64,000 bases of DNA from an uncultured Rhodanobacteraceae bacterium (GTDB taxonomy: Bacteria > Pseudomonadota > Gammaproteobacteria > Xanthomonadales > Rhodanobacteraceae), in the NCBI GenBank assembly GCA_964566965.1, contig CAZMKO010000003.1:5624-69623 (forward strand), read 5' to 3'. Made by a program: the position numbers and the translations under genes. The notes below the pieces were generated by a model, which had not been told where the DNA came from, searched no databases, and saw only the letters and a program-made list of their open reading frames with translations. Below, piece by piece: positions 48,607-57,915 of this stretch (position 1 is the first letter of the stretch; the number at the start of each line of letters is the position of its first letter).

Positions 48607-49587
48607 ATGGATCGATACGAGCGTATTCTCACCCTGCACCGCACCTTGAAGAACGCACGCTATCCGGTGCCCCTGTCGCGCCTGCTGGAGGATCTTTCAT
48701 GCTCGCGCGCCACGCTGTATCGGGACGTGGCCTTCTTGCGTGATGCCCTGGGGGCGCCGGTCGAGGGGGCCGGCGGCGACGAGGCCGCGTTCAGCTATGC
48801 CGACGGCGAGGGCGAGCGTTTCGAGCTGCCCGGCTTGTGGCTGACCAGTGAGGAACTGGCTGCCATATTGGCACTCAACGAGTTGATCGGGCGTTCCGAT
48901 CCGGGTGTGTTGACCGGGGCGCTGGCGCCGTTCAAGTCGCGCATCCAGCATTTGCTGGCCGACCGTGTCAGCGGCGAGTCACCACCCATCGAGCGCATCC
49001 GCGTCATTCCCTACGGGGCGCGCCGGCTGGACCAGCACGCGTTCCGCATCGTGGCCGGCGCGGTGTTGGAGCGTCAGCGTCTGGTGTTCCAGTATCGCGC
49101 CCGCACCACCGGCGATGACCGTCGTCGTGACGTGTCGCCACAACGTCTCACCCATTACCGCGACAACTGGTACCTGGACGCCTGGGACCATGATCGCGAG
49201 GCGTTGCGCAGCTTCGCGGTGGACCGCATCGCGCGGCCGCAGGCGCGCAACGAACGTGCGCTGGACATGGACGACGACGAGCTGGACGAGGTGCTGGCCT
49301 CCAGCTACGGCATTTTCGCCGGCAAGCCCAGAGCATGGGCCACGTTGCGCTTTTCGGCGCACGCGGCGCGCTGGGTCGCCGACGAGCATTGGCATTCCGG
49401 GCAGCAGGGAACCTGGCTGGCCGACGGCCGTTATGAGCTGAAGTTGCCGTATTCCAATTCCAGCGAATTGCTGCGCGACGTGCTGAAGTACGGCGCCGAC
49501 GCGGAGGTCGTGGCGCCGATCGAATTGCGCGAAAAAATGAAGATCCAGCTGCAACTGGCGCAAGGCATCTACCGCGACCGTCCGTGA
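48607..49587 (+). CDS. HTH-WYL-WCX transcriptional regulator (YafY/PafB-like)
   Basis: N-terminal wHTH SRATLYRD; SPQRL..YRDNWYLDAW...RSFAVDRI; WCX LKYGADAEVVAP. Confidence 0.92.
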   Translation: MDRYERILTLHRTLKNARYPVPLSRLLEDLSCSRATLYRDVAFLRDALGAPVEGAGGDEAAFSYADGEGERFELPGLWLTSEELAAILALNELIGRSDPGVLTGALAPFKSRIQHLLADRVSGESPPIERIRVIPYGARRLDQHAFRIVAGAVLERQRLVFQYRARTTGDDRRRDVSPQRLTHYRDNWYLDAWDHDREALRSFAVDRIARPQARNERALDMDDDELDEVLASSYGIFAGKPRAWATLRFSAHAARWVADEHWHSGQQGTWLADGRYELKLPYSNSSELLRDVLKYGADAEVVAPIELREKMKIQLQLAQGIYRDRP

Positions 49588-49623
49588 GGCTGGCGCCGGT
49601 GATGCCTGCTTCGAGGTGTTTCC

Positions 49624-50553
49624 ATGAGTGCAGAACAAACCAGCGATATTGTTCCGGCGGCCGGCGCGCGGTCCCGTGTGGGCCTGGCATTGGGCGCAGG
49701 CGGGGCCAAGGGCCTGGCCTACATCGGCGTGATCGAGGAGCTGGATGCGCGCGGTTTCGATGTGGTCGCCATCGCCGGCAGTTCCATGGGGGCGCTGATC
49801 GGCGGCATCTACGCGGCCGGCAAGCTGGATGTCTACCGTGACTGGGTGTCGGCGTTGGCCAAGCTGGATGTGTTGCGTCTGGTCGACTGGAGCCTTTCCG
49901 GCGGTGGCCTGATCAAGGGCGAACGCATCATCGGCGTGCTGCGTGAGCTGATCGGCGAGGAGCGCATCGAGGAGCTTCCGATCACGTACACCGCGGTGGC
50001 CACCGACATCGACCGCCAGCGCGAGGTGTGGCTCGACCGCGGCCCCCTGTTCGAGGCCATCCGTGCTTCCATCGCCATTCCGTCGATTTTTCGGCCGCAC
50101 ATGCGCGAGGGGCGGCGCCTGGTGGATGGCGGCCTGCTCAACCCGGTGCCGGTGATGCCGCTGCTGGGCGCCGATTGCGAGTACATTTTCGCGGTCAGTG
50201 CCGACGGTCCGTCCGAGGTGCCGGCCCCGGAGCAGGACGCGGCCGCCGATGACGACGAGCCCGAGGCCACCGGGTATGGTCATCGCATCGCCGAATTCGT
50301 CTCGCGACTGGTGCCGCATGGCGAACCGAAGGAAAAGGTACCCGGCGCACTGGAGTTGTTGAACCAGTCACTGGATCTGATGCAGGCCAATCTCGCCGGT
50401 TTGCGGCTGGCTGCCTATCGTCCGGACCTGCTGATCGAGTTGCCACGCAACATGGCCACGTCCTACCAGTTCTACCGTGCCCGCGAGCTGATCGAACGCG
50501 GACGCGAACAGGCCGGCCGCAGCCTGGATGCGTGGGAGCGTCTGCCGAAGTGA
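49624..50553 (+). CDS. Patatin-like phospholipase (RssA/NTE type)
   Basis: GAGGAKG; GSSMG nucleophile elbow; ASIAIP; DGG. Confidence 0.92.
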   Translation: MSAEQTSDIVPAAGARSRVGLALGAGGAKGLAYIGVIEELDARGFDVVAIAGSSMGALIGGIYAAGKLDVYRDWVSALAKLDVLRLVDWSLSGGGLIKGERIIGVLRELIGEERIEELPITYTAVATDIDRQREVWLDRGPLFEAIRASIAIPSIFRPHMREGRRLVDGGLLNPVPVMPLLGADCEYIFAVSADGPSEVPAPEQDAAADDDEPEATGYGHRIAEFVSRLVPHGEPKEKVPGALELLNQSLDLMQANLAGLRLAAYRPDLLIELPRNMATSYQFYRARELIERGREQAGRSLDAWERLPK

Positions 50554-50602
50554 GCCTGGCTGGAGGGCGACCGTGCGTCATGGCCGGGCCGGCGCGCGTC
50601 GA

Positions 50603-50956
50603 CTACCGTTTTTTTTCCAGGTAATCGGCCAGAACCACGGCGTTGTTGTGCTTTTCGTCGCGCGCCGCGTACAGCAGAGTCAGTGTGCCGTGTTTCTTCG
50701 CCATGGCCAGCAGCGGTTTCCAGCCGTCCTCGTTGTCGTCGAGCTCGGCCCGGAAGCGCTTGCGGAACTCGTCCCATTTGTCGGGATCGTGCCCGAACCA
50801 GCGGCGCAGGTCGTCCGAGGGCGCCACGTCCTTGCACCAATCGTCCAGCGCGGCCTTGTCCTTGCTCAGGCCGCGCGGCCACAGCCGGTCGACCAGCACG
50901 CGCCGGCCGTCGGGTCCGGCGGCTGCGTCGTATACGCGCTTGATGGCAATGCCCAT
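50603..50956 (-). CDS. DUF488 (YeaO-like) protein
   Basis: IKRVY; DGRRVLVDRLWPRG; APS..LR.WF.H; HNNAVVL. Confidence 0.92.
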   Translation of the reverse strand: MGIAIKRVYDAAAGPDGRRVLVDRLWPRGLSKDKAALDDWCKDVAPSDDLRRWFGHDPDKWDEFRKRFRAELDDNEDGWKPLLAMAKKHGTLTLLYAARDEKHNNAVVLADYLEKKR

Positions 50957-51011
50957 GGCTTGATCTCCTGGAGAACCGATGCCAACAGCATACGCTCCCG
51001 TGGCGCGCGGA

Positions 51012-51731
51012 TCAGCGGAGTTCCTCGACCTCGCTCACCTTGGCGCGACGCATCAGCCAGGCCACACCGCGCAGGTCCGCCAGGCCGACCCACAGCCGGT
51101 CGAACAGGCCGTATTTGGAGGTTCCGCGCGTGCGTGGACGATGTCCCACGGGGATGCTCTGGATACCGAAGCCGGTGCGTTTGACCAGCGCCGGCAGGTA
51201 ACGGTGCATGTGGTCGAAATAGGGCAGACGCAGGAACGTGTCGCGCCGGACCAGCTTCAGGCCGCAGCCGGTGTCGGGCGTGGCATCCCTGAGCATGCGC
51301 GAACGCACCGCGTTGGCGACGCGCGAGGAGACACGCTTGCTGAAGCTGTCGCGGCGCGTGGTGCGCCAGCCGACGAACAGATGCACCCGCGCGTCGGCCT
51401 TGTCGCGTGCGTCCAGCAGGCGCGGAATGTCGGCCGGATCGTTTTGTCCGTCACCGTCCAGCGTGGCCACCCAGTCCGCGCGCGCGGCGCGTATCCCGTG
51501 CCAAAGGGCGGTGCTCTGGCCGCTGCGCGAGTGGTGGCGCAGCACGCGCAGTTCGGGATGGCGGCGCATCTGGGCGGTCAGCACGTCGCGGCTGCCGTCG
51601 TTGCTGCAGTCGTCGACGTACACGACCTCGAAGTCCACCCGGCCGCGCAGGGTGGCGGTGATTTCGGCCAGCAGCGGCGCGATGTTGTCGCGTTCGTTGA
51701 AGACCGGGACGACGACGGAAAGCTGTGGCAT
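51012..51731 (-). CDS. GT2 glycosyltransferase (polyprenol-phosphate glycosyltransferase-like)
   Basis: SVVVPVFNE; VDDCSND; TLDGDGQNDP; DTGCGLK; GTSKYG. Confidence 0.9.
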   Translation of the reverse strand: MPQLSVVVPVFNERDNIAPLLAEITATLRGRVDFEVVYVDDCSNDGSRDVLTAQMRRHPELRVLRHHSRSGQSTALWHGIRAARADWVATLDGDGQNDPADIPRLLDARDKADARVHLFVGWRTTRRDSFSKRVSSRVANAVRSRMLRDATPDTGCGLKLVRRDTFLRLPYFDHMHRYLPALVKRTGFGIQSIPVGHRPRTRGTSKYGLFDRLWVGLADLRGVAWLMRRAKVSEVEELR

Positions 51732-51881
51732 GGGCAGGGAATGCAATCAATGAGCGGCACGAGGTGCCGACGGGAAGAGGGCCGCGGTGCGCGTGGCCCT
51801 GGTGACGGCCGGTGATGGAGGGGCGGCCTGGTGGCGTGGTTGTTCCGCGGTCGGCTGGCCGCCAGGGCGGTATTGCACCGG

Positions 51882-52745
51882 TTACCGCCGTACCTTCTCC
51901 AGGATGCCGTCCAGTTCGTCCAGGTTGTGGTAGTGGATGACCAGTTTGCCGCGGCCGCCACGGCCCGGCGTCAATTGCACCCGGGCGGCCAGATGCTCGG
52001 ACAGCTCACGCTCCAGCGCCTCGGTGTCGGGGTCGCGGCGGCTGCCGGTGGTCTTTCGGGAGCCGCCGGCCTGGGCGTGGCGCGCGGCCTTTTCCAGTTC
52101 GCGCACCGACCAGCCGAGGGTGGAGGCCTGGCGCGCCAGCGGCACGGCGATGGATTCGTGCAGGGTCAGCAGGCAACGCGCATGGCCCATCTCCAGCTTG
52201 CCGTCGTCCATCAGCTTGCGGATGGGGTCGGGCAGGTCGATCAGACGCAGCAGGTTGGACACCGCCGCGCGCGATCGGCCGACCGCTTCGGCGGCCTGCT
52301 GGTGGGTGAGGTCGAAATCGTCGATCAGGCGCTTCAGCGCGTCGGCTTCTTCCAGCGGCGTGAGATCCTGACGCTGGATGTTTTCGATCAGTGCCATGGC
52401 CGGCACGGCCTGTTCGTCGACCTCCTTGATCAGGGCCGGCAGTTCTTTCAGGTTCGCTTTTTGTGCGGCACGCCAGCGTCGTTCACCGGCGATCAGCTCG
52501 TATTTTCGGGTGCCGATGGCACGCACCACCACCGGCTGGATCAGGCCCTGGGCCTTGATCGACTCGGCCAGTTCGTCGAGCGCCTCGGCGTTCCAGTGTC
52601 GCCGCGGCTGGTACTTGCCGGGCACGATGTGCTGGATGGGCAGCGTGTGCAGCTCGCCGTCCGCCCGCGCCGTACCGGTGGCTGTGTCGTTGTTGCTCAA
52701 GAGGGCGTCGAGGCCCCGTCCCAGTCCGCGTTTCTTGGTCGCCAT
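51882..52745 (-). CDS. parB: Chromosome partitioning protein ParB
   Basis: GLGRGLDAL; YQPR; IAGERRWRA; IENIQRQDL; GHARCLL. Confidence 0.97.
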   Translation of the reverse strand: MATKKRGLGRGLDALLSNNDTATGTARADGELHTLPIQHIVPGKYQPRRHWNAEALDELAESIKAQGLIQPVVVRAIGTRKYELIAGERRWRAAQKANLKELPALIKEVDEQAVPAMALIENIQRQDLTPLEEADALKRLIDDFDLTHQQAAEAVGRSRAAVSNLLRLIDLPDPIRKLMDDGKLEMGHARCLLTLHESIAVPLARQASTLGWSVRELEKAARHAQAGGSRKTTGSRRDPDTEALERELSEHLAARVQLTPGRGGRGKLVIHYHNLDELDGILEKVRR

Positions 52746-52754
52746 GTGGGTTTC

Positions 52755-53561
52755 CTATGGATGCGTTGCGGCCTGCTGTGTGCCGGCGGCGCGTGCCGCC
52801 TTGCGCTCGCGCCGGATCATTTCGCCGGCCAGACCGAGGTAGGCGATGGCGCCGCGCGAGGAGCGGTCGTACAGGTTGATGGGTTTGCCGTGGCTGGGCG
52901 CTTCGGCCAGGCGCACGTTGCGCGGAATGATCGAGCGCAGCACCTTGTCGCCGAAGTGCTCGGTGAGCTGGGTGGAGACCTCGTTGCCGAGGTTGTTGCG
53001 CACGTCGTACATGGTGCGCAGCAGCCCTTCCAGTTGCAGTTGCGGGTTCAGGCGCTGGCGCACGGCGCTGATGGTGTCGAGCAGGCTGGACAGCCCCTCC
53101 AGCGCGAAATACTCGCATTGCACCGGAATCAGCACGCCGTGCGCCGCGGTCAGGGCGTTGAGGGTCAGCAGGTGCAGCGACGGCGGGCAGTCGATGAGGA
53201 TGGTGTGGTAGTGCCCGTCCAGTTTCTGCAGTTGTTCGTCCAGGCGCGATTCGCGCGCCATGGCGTCCATCAGCTTCAACTCGGCCGCGGTGAGGTCGGC
53301 ATTGCCGGGCAGCAGATCGAAACCGGCCTCGGTGGTGACCACGGCCTCCTCGAAGGTGGCCTCGCCCAGCAGCACGTCGCATCCGTTGGGGCTGGCTTCG
53401 TTCTTGTCCACCCCCGAGGCCATGGTGGCATTGCCCTGCGGGTCCAGGTCCACCAGCAGTACCTTGCGCCGGGCCTCGGACAAGGCCGCGGCCAGGTTCA
53501 CGGAGGTGGTGGTCTTGCCGACACCGCCCTTCTGGTTGGCAATGGCGATGATGCGCGTCAT
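52755..53561 (-). CDS. parA: Chromosome partitioning ATPase ParA
   Basis: IANQKGGVGKTT; DLDPQGNA; IDCPPS; PRNVRLAEAPSHG. Confidence 0.97.
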   Translation of the reverse strand: MTRIIAIANQKGGVGKTTTSVNLAAALSEARRKVLLVDLDPQGNATMASGVDKNEASPNGCDVLLGEATFEEAVVTTEAGFDLLPGNADLTAAELKLMDAMARESRLDEQLQKLDGHYHTILIDCPPSLHLLTLNALTAAHGVLIPVQCEYFALEGLSSLLDTISAVRQRLNPQLQLEGLLRTMYDVRNNLGNEVSTQLTEHFGDKVLRSIIPRNVRLAEAPSHGKPINLYDRSSRGAIAYLGLAGEMIRRERKAARAAGTQQAATHP

Positions 53562-53679
53562 GGCGTGTGGAGCCCCTGCACGGATGGAATCATGCCAGTC
53601 CGCCCGCGGACGCGCGCACGGCGCGCATCCGTCGACCGGCGTGCCTGGCGGACAGGCTGCAAAGCGTAGCATGGCACGT

Positions 53680-54324
53680 TCACGGCGCCGCTCCGGTGCG
53701 GCCCAGGCACACCAGCCGGCGCTCGGCGTCCAGGCCGGGTACCGCCAGCATGTGCACGTCGCGAACCGTGAACCCGGCCGGCAGCGCGTCCAGTTCGGCC
53801 TGCGGGTACTGGCCCTTCATGGCCAGCCAGACGCCATCCGGCGCCAACAGGTGGCCCCCCCACTGCAACATGTCGCCGAGGCTGGCGAAGGCGCGAGCGG
53901 TGACACAATCGAACCGGCCGCGGACAGCCTCCACGCGTTGCTGGGCGACACGGACGTGATCCAGTTCCAACTCGCGTACCGCCGCACGCAGGAAACGCGC
54001 CTTCTTGCCATTGGCGTCGACCAGGCACCAGGGACGTTGCGGCTCGGTGATGGCCAGTACCAGCCCCGGAATGCCCGCACCGCTGCCCAGGTCGATGGCG
54101 CTCCGGCCGGTGACGTACGGAGCGATGGCCAGCGCATCCAGCAGGTGGCGGGTGACCATGGCAGCGGGGTCGCGCACGGCGGTGAGATTGTAGCTGCGGT
54201 TCCATCGTGCCAGCAGCTCCAGGTAATCGAGCAGGCGCGAGACGGTGGTGGCCGGCAACGTCAGGGACAGATCGGCCAGGCCGCCACGGAGGCGGCGCTC
54301 GAGGTCGGGGCGCGCAAAAGTCAT
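53680..54324 (-). CDS. rsmG: 16S rRNA m7G527 methyltransferase (GidB)
   Basis: WNRSYNLTA; HLLDAL; DLGSGAGIPG; TARAF; MKG. Confidence 0.95.
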   Translation of the reverse strand: MTFARPDLERRLRGGLADLSLTLPATTVSRLLDYLELLARWNRSYNLTAVRDPAAMVTRHLLDALAIAPYVTGRSAIDLGSGAGIPGLVLAITEPQRPWCLVDANGKKARFLRAAVRELELDHVRVAQQRVEAVRGRFDCVTARAFASLGDMLQWGGHLLAPDGVWLAMKGQYPQAELDALPAGFTVRDVHMLAVPGLDAERRLVCLGRTGAAP

Positions 54325-54398
54325 CGGCTCATGATCCGTGATCGCGGCGACGGCGGCAATAGTGCAGGCGCGGTCAAGTGGTTGTCGGAGGCCATGGA

Positions 54399-54430
54399 AC
54401 ACGAAACCCGCCATGGGGCGGGTTTCGTGT
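54399..54430. terminator. Perfect 14-bp hairpin downstream of the SPFH-like gene
   Basis: ACACGAAACCCGCC-ATGG-GGCGGGTTTCGTGT. Confidence 0.65.
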
Positions 54431-54456
54431 CGCAACGTTCCCCCCGGAACGAAGGG

Positions 54457-54924
54457 TCATGCAGGTGTGGCACGCAAATCCACGCGCGTGATGAACACAC
54501 CTTCGGGTTTCAATGCCTGGTTGAGGCGCGACTTGAGTTCGAGATTGCGGGCCACCGGATCCAAATCATGGTGGTTCCGGAATCCATCCAGGGCCTGTTC
54601 CCGGATGAGGAGGTCGGCGCGGTCGATCACGGCGTCGGCGCGGATCGGCTCAAGAACCTGCCAATACACCGTGCCACGTACGCGGGAGGCGACCTCGCCC
54701 AAGGTTTCGTCCAGCTGCAGGATGCGGCCGGTAAGGCTGATTTTGTGTGCGATGTGATCGCGCAACGGCACGATCCAGTGCGTCCCCGGCGTCAGCAGCT
54801 TGGGCTGGGGGTGGTGACGGCGGTGCAGAGTGTAGACCTGGCCTTCGGGAATGCGCTTGACTGACAGACCCAGGGTCGTGGCGATGGCACCGAACAGAAA
54901 GATGAGGGTGATGGCGGCGGTCAT
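54457..54924 (-). CDS. Short SPFH/band-7-like membrane protein
   Basis: N-terminal TM; KRIPEGQ; LLTPGTHWIVP; VYWQVLEP; GVFITRVDL. Confidence 0.65.
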   Translation of the reverse strand: MTAAITLIFLFGAIATTLGLSVKRIPEGQVYTLHRRHHPQPKLLTPGTHWIVPLRDHIAHKISLTGRILQLDETLGEVASRVRGTVYWQVLEPIRADAVIDRADLLIREQALDGFRNHHDLDPVARNLELKSRLNQALKPEGVFITRVDLRATPA

Positions 54925-55104
54925 GGTCTGAAGAATCCGTAACTTGCGGTGTTTTTCTATAGACGCCTTGCAAAAAAGGATACATCCGCTTCATCGCACT
55001 TACCTTAATTTTTATTTAACGACAGAAAAAAATGCAAGGACTTCGTGCGCCGACATGCATCGATTATCCCGATGTCCTCCGGCATGTGACTTTTGCATAC
55101 AGGA

Positions 55105-55120
55105 ATGAAAACGTTTACAT
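55105..55120. promoter_or_regulatory. LacI-family operator
   Basis: ATGAAAACGTTTACAT with a CG-centred palindrome; abuts a TTGACT -35-like hexamer. Confidence 0.8.
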
Positions 55121-55439
55121 TGACTCCCGGGCCGATATGGGCCGCATTCCGCCGGTGGAACGTCTGCATGAGAAAAGCGGCAGGAAAATGTCATGGCGTG
55201 GGGTCGGCATGGCACTTCGATGCCGTGCGGCTTGCGGAAGCCGGTGGCGGTTGTGGACGGGGCTGCCCCATCGTCATGGCGTCCATGGCGTGGGTGCCGA
55301 CGGCGGGAGCGGATCGGCATCCGGGGGGCGAGCGGCGTCACCTGCCTGCAGCGCGCGCATGATCGGCAAGCCGGCGACTCGGCCATCCACCCCCACGATG
55401 ACTGAACTTGAAGCGTATGACGCAAGGCGGGTTTGAATC

Positions 55440-57716
55440 ATGATGTTTGCATCCCTGGCGGCGGCTGCCGCCCTCACGGTGACCGGCGCGGTGACGCCGG
55501 CACCGGCTCCCGAGCCACCATCCTCGCTGAACGGCCGGGCCATGCACACTTTCGTCGACAAGCTCATGCAGCGCATGACGCGGGAGGAAAAGATCGGCCA
55601 GCTCACCTTTCTGGGTGATGATCGCGAAAATGTCGAGCAGCTCATCCGCGAAGGCCGTGTCGGCGGTGCCAATGGTGTGGTGGTCAACGGCGTGATTGCG
55701 GGCAAGCCGGGCTCGGACCTGGCCGATTACCTGCGCCACCTGCAAGAACTGGCGATGCAGTCGCGGCTGAAGATACCGCTGCTGTTCGCCGGCGATGTCA
55801 CGCACGGGTTGCGCACCATCTTCCCGGTACAACTGGCGCTGGCCGCGACCTGGGATCCGGCGCTGATGCGGCGCGTGCACCATGCCGCCACACAGGAATC
55901 CACCGGCGTCGGTGTCACCTGGACCTTCAGCCCGATGGTCGACATCAGCCGTGACCCGCGCTGGGGCCGCGTGGTCGAAGGCGCCGGCGAGGATCCGTAC
56001 CTGGGCTCGGTGATGGCCAAGGCACAGGTCGAGGGTTTTCAGGGCGACGATCTGGCCGCGTCCGGCACCATGATGGCTACCGTCAAGCATTTCGCCGGCT
56101 ACGGCGCGGTCGAGGCCGGGCGTGACTACAATCCGGGATTCCCGGCGTCGCGTCAGTTCCGCGATGTCTACCTGCCACCCTACCAGGCGGCCGTGGATGC
56201 CGGTGCGGGTTCGGTCATGCCGGCCTTCATCACGCTCGACGGCATGCCGGCCAGCGGCGATCGTGGCTTGCTGACGGACATTCTGCGCAAGCAGTGGGGC
56301 TTCAGCGGCCTGACCGTTTCCGACTACGACGCCATTCCCCAGTTGCAGTTGCAGGGCGTGGCCGCCGATGCTGCCACTTCCGCCCGCGATGCGTTGCATG
56401 CAGGCATGGACATGGATCTGCACAGCGGCACCTATCTCGAACAGTTGCCGAAACTGATGCGCGAGGGGAAAGTACCGATGGCGGAAATCGATGCCGCCGT
56501 ACGCCATGTGCTGGAGGCCAAGTACCGCCTGGGCCTGTTCCAGGACCCGTTCCGCTACGGCAAGGACCGGTCACGTGCCAAGCGCATCCTGGCCACGCCG
56601 CAACACCGCAAGCTGGCGCGCGAGTCGGCGGTGGAATCCATGGTGCTGTTGAAAAACGACGACGTGCTGCCGCTGGAAAAGCACGGCCGCATCGCCGTGT
56701 TGGGGCCGCTGGCCGACGCGCGGGAAAACCTGTTGGGCGAGATGCATGCGCTGGGCAAGGCCGACGAAGTCGTGTCGATCCTGTCCGGCATCCGTGCCGC
56801 CGTGGGTGACAAGGCCACGGTGGATTACGTCGAAGGCGTCCGTGTCGCCGGTAACGACACGTCGGGCATCGCCGCCGCCGTGCGCGCGGCCAAAGTCGCC
56901 GACGTGGCCGTCGTGGCGGTGGGCGGCGATCCGTCGATGATCGGCGAGGGCGACAGCCGCGCGCACCTGGGTTTGCCGGGGCACCAGTTGGATTTGGTCA
57001 GGGCCGTCCAGGCCACCGGCACGCCGGTGGTGGTGGTGCTGGCCAGCGGCCGGCCGTTGGCAATTCCATGGGTGGATGACCACGTCGCCGCGATCCTGGA
57101 TGCCTGGTTGCCCGGCGACGAGGGAGGCAACGCCGTGGCCGACCTGCTGTTCGGCGACGCCAATCCCTCGGGCAAGCTGCCGATGACCTTTCCGCGTGAT
57201 GTCGGCCAGGTGCCCCTGTACTACGCGCAACAACCCAATCCGCGGCCGCTGAACACGGCGCATCCCGAATACACCTCCCACTACGCCGACATGCCGAACT
57301 CGCCGCTGTACCCGTTCGGTTACGGTTTGAGCTATACGCAATTCGCCTTCGGCCCGGTACAACTTTCCAGCGACCGCCTGACGCCGGATGGCACACTGCA
57401 GGTCAAGGTGCGCGTGACCAACACCGGCAAGCGTCGTGGTGCCGAGGTGGCACAGATGTACGTGCATGATCTGGTTGCCAGCGTCAGCCGGCCGGTGCGT
57501 CAGCTCAAGGGCTTCCAGCGTGTCGTCCTGGATCCGGGCCAGTCGCGCGAGGTGACCTTCACGCTGACCCCGGCCGACCTGGCTTTCCATCGTGCCGACA
57601 TGAGTCTGGGCTGGGAGCCGGGCGTGTTCCAGGTCTTCGTGGGTGGCGATTCGACCGCCACGGACTCGGCGCGTTTCACGCTGGTGGCGGACAGGGCTGC
57701 CGCCGAGACCGACTAG
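55440..57716 (+). CDS. GH3 beta-glucosidase (BglX-like), exported
   Basis: EEKIGQL; RDPRWGR; VKHF; nucleophile VSDY; SMVLLKN; GKLP; YPFGYGLSY; Fn3-like tail. Confidence 0.95.
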   Translation: MMFASLAAAAALTVTGAVTPAPAPEPPSSLNGRAMHTFVDKLMQRMTREEKIGQLTFLGDDRENVEQLIREGRVGGANGVVVNGVIAGKPGSDLADYLRHLQELAMQSRLKIPLLFAGDVTHGLRTIFPVQLALAATWDPALMRRVHHAATQESTGVGVTWTFSPMVDISRDPRWGRVVEGAGEDPYLGSVMAKAQVEGFQGDDLAASGTMMATVKHFAGYGAVEAGRDYNPGFPASRQFRDVYLPPYQAAVDAGAGSVMPAFITLDGMPASGDRGLLTDILRKQWGFSGLTVSDYDAIPQLQLQGVAADAATSARDALHAGMDMDLHSGTYLEQLPKLMREGKVPMAEIDAAVRHVLEAKYRLGLFQDPFRYGKDRSRAKRILATPQHRKLARESAVESMVLLKNDDVLPLEKHGRIAVLGPLADARENLLGEMHALGKADEVVSILSGIRAAVGDKATVDYVEGVRVAGNDTSGIAAAVRAAKVADVAVVAVGGDPSMIGEGDSRAHLGLPGHQLDLVRAVQATGTPVVVVLASGRPLAIPWVDDHVAAILDAWLPGDEGGNAVADLLFGDANPSGKLPMTFPRDVGQVPLYYAQQPNPRPLNTAHPEYTSHYADMPNSPLYPFGYGLSYTQFAFGPVQLSSDRLTPDGTLQVKVRVTNTGKRRGAEVAQMYVHDLVASVSRPVRQLKGFQRVVLDPGQSREVTFTLTPADLAFHRADMSLGWEPGVFQVFVGGDSTATDSARFTLVADRAAAETD

Positions 57717-57828
57717 GGGCGAGGGGCGACGATCCTGTTTCGACACCGGATCCGCAGTCACGAGCCATTGTCCCATACCCGACAGGCCGCCTCGTGATCC
57801 GATTTTTGAGTCCCGCCCCTCGCCCCTA
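57714..57828. repeat. 15-bp inverted repeat with 85-nt spacer
   Basis: TAGGGGCGAGGGGCG (57714-57728) / CGCCCCTCGCCCCTA (57814-57828). Confidence 0.7.
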
Positions 57829-57845
57829 ATCCCTACAGAACATGA

Positions 57846-57883
57846 ATGAAAACGTTTGCAAACCGAAATGAAAACGTTTACAT
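57846..57883. promoter_or_regulatory. Tandem LacI-family operators
   Basis: ATGAAAACGTTTGCA (57846-57860) and ATGAAAACGTTTACAT (57868-57883), 22 bp apart. Confidence 0.85.
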
Positions 57884-57915
57884 TGTCTTCAAGCAACGGT
57901 GAAGAGGGTGTGCCG

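Noticed and set aside
55093-55436. Small ORFs in the GH3 leader
   Set aside because: No motifs, RBS or codon-bias support.
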